A stretch of 64,000 nucleotides of DNA from Thecamonas trahens ATCC 50062 (lineage: Eukaryota; Protista; Apusomonadida). Location: NCBI RefSeq assembly GCF_000142905.1, contig NW_013657675.1, positions 372,001-436,000 on the forward strand, in the 5' to 3' direction. The notes under the pieces are model-generated. The model had not been told where the DNA came from. It searched no databases and saw only the letters and a program-made list of their open reading frames with translations. Every line of letters begins with the position of its first letter. Positions within the stretch are counted from its first letter, which is position 1. A program made the position numbers and the translations under genes. Shown piece by piece: positions 45,736-56,203 of the stretch.

Positions 45736-48606
45736 ATGGCTAGGGTGGCCAGGGCCTACGCGGCTGCAGTGCACAAGACGAGGGTCGGCATCCTCGTGTT
45801 CTGGCTGCTGGCACTGGGCGTCTCGGCTTGGCTCGGCCCACGGCTGATCACCTCGACCACCAACACCTTTACCCCGCCGGCCAAGTCGCAGGCAGCACAT
45901 GCCAACAAGGCGCTCGCAGGCCACTTTCCACGGCTCAACCCCATGGACTCTTCGTTTGTGGTCTACGTCTATGCCGACAGCGGGAGCGTGTCGGCCCTCG
46001 ACCCGGCCATCGCCGCCTTTGACGCCGCCCTCGCCTCGGTTGTCAGCGCCTACACGCCCGACTACTGCGGCACGCCGTGTCTTCAGGGCTACGCCTCGTA
46101 CTTTGGCCTCCTCGCCCAGGGTCTGCCGCCTGTCATGGCCGATGAGCTGGTTGGCGCCCGCAACGCGTCGACCATCATCACCATCGACATCAACGTTCCG
46201 TTTGCCGACTCGGACGCCGTCCTCTACGCCCAGTTCCTGCAGCGCAAGCTGACCGAGCTCCGGCCTGCGGGCCCGTACGGCGTGGTCCTCATCGGCCTGC
46301 CGGCCTTTATGCCCCTCATGCAGTCATCGATTGAGCGCGACATGGGCCTCATGGACGGCATTGTTATGCCGCTCGCCATGCTTGTCCTTGCCTACATCCT
46401 CAAGTCGGCGAGGCTCATGGTCCTGCCGCTGGCCGCCATCGCCACCTCGGCCCTTGTCTCGTTTGCCATCATGACTGGCGTGGCGCAGACGCTGGACATC
46501 ATTTCGTTTGTGCCGTCGCTCATGATGTCTATTCTCATTGCCATGAACATCGACTACGAGCTCTTCCTCCTCACCCGCTATGCCGAGGCTATCCGCGCCG
46601 GCCACTCGTCGCACGACGCCGTCATTGTCATGCTCTCCACTGCTGGCCACACCATTGTCGTCTCGGGTCTCACTCTCATGGTCTGCTTCCTTGGCCTCGT
46701 CATCTTCCCGCTCGACCTCATGGTCTCGACTGGCGTCGGCTGCGCCGTCGCCATCGCCATCACCCTGCTCGTCAACATGTCGCTCACGCCGGCGCTTCTC
46801 CTCACCTTTCCGAGCTTCTTCTCGCGCTGCATCGAGCCGCTCTCGTGGCGCAGCGCCGGCCGGTTCTGGACCTCGCTTTGCGCTGCGTCGCGGAGCTCGA
46901 GCCCGCCGGCCCGCGGGAGCGACGCTGTTGTCGTTGCGCCGGCTGGCGTCCGCGCCAGCCTCCGCACCCCGACCCAGGGTGTTAGCCCAGCAAGCTCCAC
47001 GCCGTCGTCGCCGCGCCGCCTCGCTACCTCGGGTCTTGCCGAGAACAAGCCGCTCCTTGCTACCCTCAAGGCCTTTGAGGCCTCACCGAAAGCCGTCGCC
47101 TCGCCCCCAATCGGCGCCCGCCTTGTCGGGCCATCGGCTCGCGGAGCTGGGCGCCATCCTCTGCGTCCGGGCCTGATCCCGGTCCCGTCGTCGGGCCTCG
47201 CCGCCTCGTCGCTCTCTGCCGTCGAGGCTGAGGAGCACCATGCCTTTGTCAACTCGACCAAGGTCCGCCGCTCGCTCTGGTACAAGATTGGCCACCTCAC
47301 TCAGTCATGGCCTTACAACGTCATTATCCTCATCCTCGTCGTCGCCGCCACCATCCCCTTTGATATGCACGCCCTCAACTACTCGCCGTCGGACGCCATC
47401 GACCTCGACCTTCCGCGCGGTTCGATAGTCACCGACGCCTACCTCGACATGTGCGGTGAGTTTGGCTACGGCAAGGTCTATCCCTACTGGATCCTCATCG
47501 AGGCGCCGGGCAACACCTCGGTGCTCTCGACGCCTTTTTTCAAAGCCGCACACGACGTCGTCAACACTCTCTCGCGGCTGCCCAACACCCAGCCGTCTGA
47601 CTTTACCGGCGTCGCCTATGCCAACGGCGAGGCCATCCCCTACGCGCTCCTTGAAATCTGCAACGACGCCGCCGGCGAGGCCTACAACTCGTCCGACTGT
47701 CGCGGCCTCCGCACTGCGCAGCAGACCTTTGTCTCCTCTGACGCTCACGCCATGCTCTTTGAGTTTACTCCGCTCTTTGACCCCATTTCGCGCTTTGGCC
47801 ACACCTGGTACAAGGAGGCGCGCACCTCGCTCAACGGCCTCTCTGCAAAGCACGGCCTCGACTTTTACCTCGCCGGCATGCCCGCCGGCTCGTGGTCCGC
47901 CATTGAGTCGGCGTACTACTGGTTCCCCATCATGATCTCCATCACCGCAGGCGTCGTTCTCGTCATGGTCGGCGTCGCCTTTCGCTCCGTTCTTATGCCG
48001 CTTCGCGCCGTCCTCACCATCGGTCTCACCATCATCTGTGTCTACGGCATGGCCACCCTCACCTACGAGTACTCGCTCCTCGAGTGGACCCACATCCCGG
48101 GCCTGCACTCGTTCGGCTCGATCGAGTGGCTCCCACCTGTTGTCGTCTTCCCCATCGTCGTTGGCATCACCCTCGACTACGACATCTTTTACACCACACG
48201 CGTCCAAGAGTACCGCTCCACTGGCCTCGCCACCCGCGATGCCGCCATCAAAGGCCTCTCGCGCACAGGCTCCATCATCACCGCCGCTGGCATCATCATG
48301 GCAATCGCCTTCTCGGGCCTCCTCCTCTCCAACGTCGCCGTCATCAACCAGCTGGCCTTCTACCTCGTCTTTTCCGTCCTCTTCGATACCTTTGTTGTCC
48401 GCACTTTCCTCGTCCCCTCTATCATGTCGTTCTTTGGCGACTGGAACTGGTGGCCCGGCCGCCTCGCCCCCATCACCCTCGCCCCGCTCCCGCGCTCGCT
48501 CGCAGGCTGGAACCCTTGCTGCCCCTCATGCCGCCGCAAGCCCACCGCCTCTTCCGTCGACGACTTTGGCAACGATCTCCTCGAGCCGACCTCGGTCGGC
48601 GCATAA
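45736..48606 (+). CDS. MmpL-family (RND superfamily) membrane transporter
   Basis: Two MMPL-like halves with MNIDYELFLLTRYAE...TAGHTIVVSGLT and GITLDYDIFYTTRVQEY...TGSIITAAGIIMAIAF...DTFVVRTFLVPS...NWWPG. Confidence 0.88.
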   Translation: MARVARAYAAAVHKTRVGILVFWLLALGVSAWLGPRLITSTTNTFTPPAKSQAAHANKALAGHFPRLNPMDSSFVVYVYADSGSVSALDPAIAAFDAALASVVSAYTPDYCGTPCLQGYASYFGLLAQGLPPVMADELVGARNASTIITIDINVPFADSDAVLYAQFLQRKLTELRPAGPYGVVLIGLPAFMPLMQSSIERDMGLMDGIVMPLAMLVLAYILKSARLMVLPLAAIATSALVSFAIMTGVAQTLDIISFVPSLMMSILIAMNIDYELFLLTRYAEAIRAGHSSHDAVIVMLSTAGHTIVVSGLTLMVCFLGLVIFPLDLMVSTGVGCAVAIAITLLVNMSLTPALLLTFPSFFSRCIEPLSWRSAGRFWTSLCAASRSSSPPARGSDAVVVAPAGVRASLRTPTQGVSPASSTPSSPRRLATSGLAENKPLLATLKAFEASPKAVASPPIGARLVGPSARGAGRHPLRPGLIPVPSSGLAASSLSAVEAEEHHAFVNSTKVRRSLWYKIGHLTQSWPYNVIILILVVAATIPFDMHALNYSPSDAIDLDLPRGSIVTDAYLDMCGEFGYGKVYPYWILIEAPGNTSVLSTPFFKAAHDVVNTLSRLPNTQPSDFTGVAYANGEAIPYALLEICNDAAGEAYNSSDCRGLRTAQQTFVSSDAHAMLFEFTPLFDPISRFGHTWYKEARTSLNGLSAKHGLDFYLAGMPAGSWSAIESAYYWFPIMISITAGVVLVMVGVAFRSVLMPLRAVLTIGLTIICVYGMATLTYEYSLLEWTHIPGLHSFGSIEWLPPVVVFPIVVGITLDYDIFYTTRVQEYRSTGLATRDAAIKGLSRTGSIITAAGIIMAIAFSGLLLSNVAVINQLAFYLVFSVLFDTFVVRTFLVPSIMSFFGDWNWWPGRLAPITLAPLPRSLAGWNPCCPSCRRKPTASSVDDFGNDLLEPTSVGA

Positions 48607-48746
48607 ACAGGCCAGGCTGCAAGCCTTGTCGCACCAACGCCAACCGCTGGCAACTCGCTGGCGACCCGCGACTGACGAATGGGGGACCCGTGACTTGACG
48701 TTCGCTGGAGTGTAACGCTTCTCTTCACGTTGCTTAACAAGGAACA

Positions 48747-49414
48747 ATGGTCAAGACCACCGCCGCCATCGCATGCTTTGCACTCTTCTGCGTACGAGCC
48801 CCCCCCCCCCCCCCCCCCCCCACCCCATCCTCCCCGCCTCATTTCCCCCCTCTTACACCCCTCATCTTCATTCCCTGCTCTCTTTCCCCTGCCTCCCTTT
48901 CCCCATGCCTACCCTGGCTGGCTGGCGCAAGCCCCCGCCGTTTCAGTGGAAAAAAAGCCACTCGCCCGGCCATTCTGTTCCACCATTTATCCGCTTGCAC
49001 CCTGTCACTGCCGCCACCCCTGTTCCCCCCCCCCTCCCCCCTTGCCCTACCTGGCCAGCTCCCCAACCGCCCCTGACCACGCGCAGCACGTTAGCCTCCT
49101 ACCTCTGCCTCTGCGACATCAGCTCTCGCCGTCATGCCACGCTGTCATCGCGTGCCCTGCACCACCACGGCTTGATTTCCCCGCACGCTTGCCTGCTCCA
49201 CCGCCCCCGACTCACCTCCTCCACTCCCGATCAACTGCAGCTGATGGCACTCGCTACTGCCGAGAACGTCGCCACCCACAATGACGACGGCACGGTTTCC
49301 ATGGCGTCTGCTGGCTCACGGCTCTCGCTCTCTCGCACTGCCTGGTTCCTCTTTGCCTGGCACGGCCCGCTCATGCTCCTCCTCTCCTTTGTGTTCTTTG
49401 CGGTGTACAACTGA
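48747..49414 (+). CDS. 72-aa spliced micro-protein: signal peptide + short peptide + hydrophobic (GPI-like) tail; exons 48747-48791, 49241-49414
   Basis: GTACGA donor, GACTCAC branch motif at 49209 and CAG at 49240 join in phase 0 to give MVKTTAAIACFALFCLMALATAENVATHNDDGTVSMASAGSRLSLSRTAWFLFAWHGPLMLLLSFVFFAVYN. Confidence 0.7.
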
Positions 49415-49545
49415 TCCGTGCGCGGCTCACAGCGCACTGATCGCGCTTCCGCCCCCTTGCATACCTTCTCCTTTGTAGACTTGTGCTGTTCCCGAGTGAC
49501 GACTGTGGACGTCGCACCTCGTGCCCCCCAATGAACACATCAACA

Positions 49546-50936
49546 TCAACCTCGACGTCGCCCCGCCACCAGCCACCCAGCCGCAAAAGCCGCCACAGCC
49601 GCCGCCACCGCCACCAGCCAAAGCGCTCCACCTCCACTTTGACCGGCATCGGGCCGATGGAACTGGACCTTGATGGCCACTACCGCCTGCTGCGCTTCCT
49701 CGCACCCGCCCTGCGCCGCAACCACGAGGTGGAACAGCGCCCGAGAACGGTCGCGCACAAAGTGCTGCGCGAGCGCATAGTGCAGGTCGGCGTCGCGCCG
49801 CACCTCTGAAGATGCCGGCGCGTCAAACACGTCCGGCAGCGCTGCAATCCAGGCCATATCTGTCGCTACCGCCGCCGCAAATGCACCCACAAACTTGGCC
49901 TGCGCGTCCAGCGCCGGCCACCGCTCACGGCCGTCGCCGGCAACCGGCGTCGCAGGCACCGTCGTGCCCGCCACTCGCGTCGCCGCCAACGCTTCTATCT
50001 CTGCCGGCGAGAGTTGGAACGGCCGCAATCCGAGCTTGGCGCACACAGGTGAGCAGAGGTGGGTGGCAAAGAACAGAGCCATGCCGCGGACCCCACGATC
50101 GCCAAGCGTCTGTTCCGCCGACCGGGTGTGGATCTGCGGATCCGTGTACACGTCGCCGACGCCCTGGATGTCGACCACTACTGCCTCGCCCTGAGTGACG
50201 GCATAGGTAAAGTGCGAAAAGGCCTGCGGCGTGTTGCGGACAACTCCGCCTGCTGCGCCGACATGGCCCACCACGCCGCCGTTGTTTGAGTGCTTGACGT
50301 AGTTGCCGGCGACAAACCGCTCACACGCCATCACCACGCCATACGCCCCAATCCGTCCACCATCGTGCGCAAAACCCTCAGGCATTTCGCCTTGGCCACT
50401 ACGGCGGATGCCTCGGGAAGCAGCTCGAGCACTATCGCCTCAAGGAGCTCGACATGCAACGGCGGTCTCGCCGCGTTGTACGCATCGGCCAGTGCTCGCG
50501 CCCGCGTCTGCATCTGCACGTCTGCCACATAGTTGGCCGGCACATCGGCATCAGGCGACATGTACTGCTTCACCACATACGGTTCGCCGACCGCCCACGA
50601 CACCGTCGCCCGCCAGCACGCGCGCAGCGCGCCGTGCGCAAACGGAGCGTCGGCCACTGCCACCTCCCCCCACCGCGTCCGCCACCCTCCGCCGTCGCCA
50701 ACCAGCCGGTGCACCAGCACAGTCTGCGCAGGACCCAGCGTGTCCGCCGCCCAGTCTCCGGTCCAGCGCTCCGGACCAGGCCCTGGCGTCAGCACGGGTG
50801 CCAACTCCAGCTCCTGCGCCTTCCCCTCGCCGTCCGCCCCATCCGCGTCCGCCGGCATCACCAGCGGCGGCGGCCGCCTCGCGCGCGATCCCGATCTCCC
50901 TTCCTTCTCTAGCTCTCGCTCGGCCCTCGCCGCCAT
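49546..50936 (-). CDS. Alpha-kinase, eEF2K-like (1-nt frameshift near 50386)
   Basis: PFAHGALRAC, YVVKQY, DVQMQ, ERFVAGNYVKHSNNGG, RNTPQAFSHFTY, VVDIQGVGDVYTDPQIH, FFATHLCSPVC; SEL1-like ALFHL..AA.GG..EA. Confidence 0.88.
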
Positions 50937-51044
50937 TCTCCCCTGTGGCCTCGAGACCTGGCCCGTACCGCACCCGGCGCTAAGTCAAGTACCCCCCGGG
51001 GCGACTGTCAGAGCACGACCACCTCACCCCTCCCCCCTCCCCAC

Positions 51045-54000
51045 ATGGAGCTGGCTGTGGTAGTAAGCCCGGGCAAGGCAACGACCTTTGCCGCCCTCTC
51101 GGCTGATGTCGTCGCCGCCATCCTCGCCTCCTCGGGCAGGGCCGCCCTCGTTCTGCGCGTCACCTCGCCGGCGGTGCCCGACGAGCACTTTGTGTACTGG
51201 GACGGGTCAGCCACCACCACGCCGCCGCCAATGGCCGCGGCCGGCCCACCACATGTGCTGGAGCTCGGGGCCGCGCACGCAGCGGCACTGGGCCTCCGCC
51301 ACGGGGATTCGGTCTCCGTCACGCCCGTCCCTACCGTCGCCCCCGCTGCTCAGGTCCTGCTCGTCCCGGCCTCGCCCGACGACTGGGAGGTGGTCGCCAC
51401 CGCCGCCGGCCTGCTCGAGGCCTCGCTGCTGGCCCAAGTCCGGATTGTCTTTCGCGGGCAGACACTTGTCATCCACGCACGCTCCGCACGGGCCTCATTT
51501 GTTGTCCAGGACACCGCGCCAGATCATCTTGTCATGCTCGAGCCGGACACCGAGATCATCATCGCTCCGCGGGCCCGCGCGCGACCGTTGCCTGCACAGC
51601 CCCAGCCGCCAAACCCGCCTGCTCCGCCCGCTCCTCGACCTGTCAGCCCACTGCCATCCACAATCCCCGCCGCGGTCCCGACGCCGGCCCCAACGCTGAA
51701 ATCTGACCCCCATCCCGGCGCTGAGCCGGTGAGGCTGCCGGCAGCCACGACTCAGCTGCGCAACCTTACGCTCGCGCCCGACAGCATCTTTGACAACTCG
51801 TGGACCCGCGTTTTGTATCATCCTGACGTAATGGCGAGCCTTCTTGCCTCACCGTTTGTGGCGGCCTCACCGGGTCTTGCCGCTGTCCTCGCCACCATTC
51901 CGGTCGTGTGCTTTGCCGGTGACGGGAGGCCGTCGCTTGCTGTCGCGGCCTCGCTTGATGTGCCCGGTGGATTCATCGCGTCTGAGCCATCGCTTTCAGA
52001 GTGGATCTCGGACCGCGGACAGCTTGAGTATGACCAGCTCTCGCTCCCCGCGCTCCGCCGTCGTCTCGCGTCAGCCACGCTCGTGCATGATCCCACCGCC
52101 CCGCGTCTCCTCGCTGTAGCGCTGCCAGTTCCGCCCGAGCTCCTTCCGGCTCCTCAGGTGCTGTATAGCAATGCCAGTTTTGCGGCATCTCTTGCGCTGT
52201 CGATCTTTGGCGCAACAGGCGGGGCCGAAGCGGCACTGGCGCTCGGCTCAGTTGTGCTGTCGTCGGCGCTGCCGATCCCTGTGCACCCCGACGCCGCCCC
52301 GGTCATCCAAGCTGCACCTACGTCCGCCGGTGATGCTGTATGTGAGACGTGCCTGCAGGCTGGCATCAGTTCCGTACTTGAGCTCACCGCTGGCCTGCTG
52401 CCATGTCCTGCGGTTGTCGGGTGCCCGCGGGCCTGCGCAGAGTGCCAGGCCGGTGGTGACGCTACCCGTCTTGTGGCACTCACTGCCGGCGACGAGGCCC
52501 AAGGTATTTCGGTCGCCATGCCGCACGCTCCGATGCAGATTGTCGCCGCACCTCCTCTGCATCTCTCGCCTCTCCACCACGACTGGCTCCACCCCGACGA
52601 GGTCGGCGGCATGGATGAGGCGCTCGACAGCGCGTCCCGGGCTGTCCTTGCCCACTTTGTCCAATCGAGAGGACCAGTGCTCTCTGAGGCTGCCCCGCTG
52701 CCTCTGTTGGTTGGTGCAAGCGGTAGCGGGCGGTCGACGATCGCCCGCGCTGCTGCACTGGCAGCTGCCGCGAGCTGCGGCGTAACGCCTGTCTACCTTC
52801 CGTGTGCCAGTCTAGCGTCTGAGCCGCTGGCGGTGGTCAAAGCCAATCTTGCGCGTGCCGCTGCCGAAGCTGTAGCCACCAAGCCGGCACTGCTCATCCT
52901 AGACGATCTGGACACGCTCGCTGGTGCCACCGAAGGGCAAGTTCACGCTGGCGTTCCGCTGAGGGCCGCCCAGCTGGCGTCATACCTAGCCGCACTCGTT
53001 GCCGAACTCCGCAAGGCTCCTCCGTCAGCGCCCATCGCTGCGCTCGCTACCGCAACTGCGCGCGACGCCCTACATCCAAGCCTTGCTGCCGGCGCTCTCT
53101 TTTCGCACACTATCGAGCTTCCAGAGACGCTTACCCCCGATGCCCGTGCCGCGCTTGTCTCGGCTCTAGCCACTCGCCGCGGCCTGGACCTCGATCCAGG
53201 CGGCTTGGCCTGGCTCTGCGGTCCGGCGACTCGAGCGTGCAACGCGCTGGACTTTGACGCGCTCCTCTCCCGGGCGGCAGCCTGGCAGCCGCCTCCCCGG
53301 CGGTGAAGCCCGCTGACGAAGATGCCACTGCTCAGCTGCCGCTTGGCGTTGTTGTTGCTGACGGCGCCGGCTGGTGGGAGACCGATTCGTCCGACAGCGA
53401 GAACGGCGACAGCAAGGCCGTCGACGTCGAGGAAGAGCTGAAGCTGTCAGCCACTGTCGGCCAGGCCGCTTGGGCCGCTGCGCTTGACGGCTTTGTGCCG
53501 TGCGCGATGCAGGGCGTGCGGCTGCAGGATCCCGGAGTGAGCTGGGACGAGGTCGGCGGGCTGGAAGATGTCAAAGAGACGCTGTTGGAGACGCTGCTGT
53601 GGCCGACCAAGTATGCATCGCTGTTTGCATCTGCGCCGATCCGCATGCGCTCGGGACTGCTGCTCTATGGACCGCCCGGAACCGGAAAGACCATGGTGGC
53701 TCGGGCGGCTGCGAGCGCGTCGGGTCTCAACTTTTTGACCGTCCAGGGCCCCGAGGTGCTCAACAAGTACATCGGGGCGTCGGAGCAGGCGGTCCGGCGT
53801 GTTTTTGCGCGGGCCTCGGCCGCCGCGCCGTGCATCCTGTTCTTTGACGAGTTTGACTCGCTCGCTCCACGCCGTGGGCACGACTCGACAGGTGTGACCG
53901 ACCGCGTCGTCAACCAGCTTCTTACCGAGCTCGATGGTGTCGAGGGCCTCGAAGGCGTGTACGTGCTGGCGGCAACGTCACGCCCAGACCTCATCGATCC

Positions 54001-54583
54001 GGCTCTGCTGCGGCCTGGTCGCCTCGACAAGTCGCTTCTCTGCGGCATGCCCGACTCGGCCCAGCGAAGCTCCATTCTCCGAGCCCACGCGTCGAAAATG
54101 GAGCTCACGCCACTCGCCCACACCGCGCTCGAGACCATTGCTGCACAGACTGCCAACTTTACCGGCGCAGACCTGCAGGCGCTGCTGTATCAGGCCCAGA
54201 TCGAACTGGTCCACCAGGTCCTTGACTCAGTTGACACGCCTGTGAGCACCTTACAGTCGGCTTGCGTCCAGGTCAAGCCGAAGGTGCTTGTGCTTGGCGA
54301 CGGGCCATCGCTCATGCCGGCGCCGGTGCCTGTCTTTGAGTGGGCCGAGCGTCTTGCGCTCGTGGCCGGTGGCGCGGACCCACTCCCAGGCAAGGAAACA
54401 AGCGAGCAGCCTCCGCGTGTGCATGCAGTAGACGTGACGCACCTCGAGGCGGCGCTGGCAGCATCAAGCCCGTCGGTCTCAACCGAGGAGCAGGCGCGGT
54501 ACAGTGCAATCTATGCGTCGTTTGCAGGCGGGCCCAGCGAGGAGCGTGCGCCGCTGGGCCCAGCCCGGACGACGCTTGCGTAA
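51045..54583 (+). CDS. PEX1: Peroxisomal AAA ATPase PEX1 (1-nt frameshift near 53281)
   Basis: N-domain [25 protein letters not shown]; degenerate D1; D2 [53 protein letters not shown]. Confidence 0.93.
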
Positions 54584-54602
54584 ATCAAGTAGTACCACAC
54601 GT

Positions 54603-55943
54603 TCATTGGTTGTCCGAGTCCTTGGCCGAGAACAGAAGGTTGGACTGGGCCTCGATGCCGCCGCTGGCCTCGACAGAGCGGCCGTTGATCCAGAGATCGT
54701 TGGGCTTGTCGATGCGGATCGAGGTGTACGTGGCAGCGGTGGAGGAGGCGGCGTCGGCGGCGTCGGCGGCGTCCTCGGCGTCGTCCTTGCCCTTGCCCTC
54801 GGGGGCGGCAGGCGGGGCGTCGGCGGTGACGTCCGGAAGCGGGGCCTCGGGATCAAGAGAGACGGCGCAGACAAACGGATCCGCGATCCAGAGCTCGTCA
54901 CCGACGGAAATAGCACCGTCACGCATGTTGTAGATCGAGACGGTGGAAAAGGTGGCCTCAGGATCGAGAACGACAAAGGTCTGGGGAATGTTGTTGGCCC
55001 GGACGACGGTGGCCATGACCTTGACGGCGACGGCACCGCCGGGGTTAGGCCCTGCGCCGAGCTGAGCAAGCGTCACATGGGTCCGCTCGCGCAGGATGCG
55101 CAGCGGGGTCAGCGACGCTGCAGCAGCCTTGACCTTTTTCTCGCGAAGCGAGGCACGCTTGGCGATGAGGGTCTGCACCTTGGTGACGTCGCGGGCAAGG
55201 TCTGTAGCGAGAGTGGCAGCGGCGGTCCACGACGGGTCAAGCTTGTGGGCGAGGCGGAATCCGTCGTATGCCTCCTGGAAGCGCAGCATGTAGTTGTACA
55301 CGTGCGCGCGGTTAAAGTGCAGGTCCGGGTGGGCGGCGTAGCCGGCAGCCTCGGCGCGGGCGTAGGCCTTGAGCGCGTGGGCCAGATCCGAGACGTCCTG
55401 GGTCGAGGTAAAGAACTGCGTCAGGTGGGCGTTACCGAGCGAGTACCACGATGCCGGGGAGGTAATGTCGAGCGCGGTGGCGCGCTTGGCGTGGGCGACC
55501 GACGAAGCGACGGCGGTCCGGAGCTTGGCGCCGGAGCCGCCGAGGTGGCGCTCCACCATCGAGAGCTTGCGCAGCGAGTCAGCGTTCTCTGCCACAGCCA
55601 GCGCGCCCTCAAAGCAGTCCTTGGCCTCCTGATACGCCTTCTTCTTCCAGAACACAGCACCGAGCGCGTTCCACGCCTCGACGCACTCGGGCGCGAGCTT
55701 GACGGCCTTGGACAGAGCGGCCTCGGCGTCGGCCGAGTACGCGTCGGGCGCATTGAGGACCTGCCCACGGAGCGTCAGCACCTCGGCCGTTGTCAACACA
55801 TCATCGGCCGCTGCGTCGAGCGCCTCCAGCGCAGCCTGCGACTCGGCCGCCAGGCGGGCCTCCTTGTCAGCGCCAAAGTACATCTCCGCCGTCTCCACCA
55901 CGGACGCCACCTGTGCGCGGAGCGCCTCTGCCTGGTCAGACAT
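54603..55943 (-). CDS. TTC5: Tetratricopeptide repeat protein 5
   Basis: AEAALSKAVKLAP..VEAWNALG, SLRKLSM, SWYSLGNAHL..FF, PDLHFNRA, C-terminal OB region SIRIDKP..LWING. Confidence 0.88.
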   Translation of the reverse strand: MSDQAEALRAQVASVVETAEMYFGADKEARLAAESQAALEALDAAADDVLTTAEVLTLRGQVLNAPDAYSADAEAALSKAVKLAPECVEAWNALGAVFWKKKAYQEAKDCFEGALAVAENADSLRKLSMVERHLGGSGAKLRTAVASSVAHAKRATALDITSPASWYSLGNAHLTQFFTSTQDVSDLAHALKAYARAEAAGYAAHPDLHFNRAHVYNYMLRFQEAYDGFRLAHKLDPSWTAAATLATDLARDVTKVQTLIAKRASLREKKVKAAAASLTPLRILRERTHVTLAQLGAGPNPGGAVAVKVMATVVRANNIPQTFVVLDPEATFSTVSIYNMRDGAISVGDELWIADPFVCAVSLDPEAPLPDVTADAPPAAPEGKGKDDAEDAADAADAASSTAATYTSIRIDKPNDLWINGRSVEASGGIEAQSNLLFSAKDSDNQ

Positions 55944-56203
55944 TGTTGTAAGAGGGGTAGGGGGGTAGGGGTAGAGGGGGGGGGGATAGAGCGAAAGGGG
56001 TGGGGTGGGGTGGGTGGTGGGTGCTTGGTGGTGTCCAGGTTGGGGGTCGGGGTGGGTGGCGGAGGGAGGGGGTGGCGCGAAACTTCCCGCCCGTTTTCTG
56101 GTCGCCTGTTTCTACCCTGTCGCATGCATGCCCTGGAAGGGGACAGAAACCATGGTCGATGGCTTGTATAGGATGGGGGCTTGATCTGGTCACGGCAAGT
56201 ATG

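Noticed and set aside
4617-53283. Programmed ribosomal frameshifting as a genome-wide system
   Set aside because: No shared slippery or stop-adjacent motif, mixed +1/-1 directions, and all sites are explained by base-run length errors.
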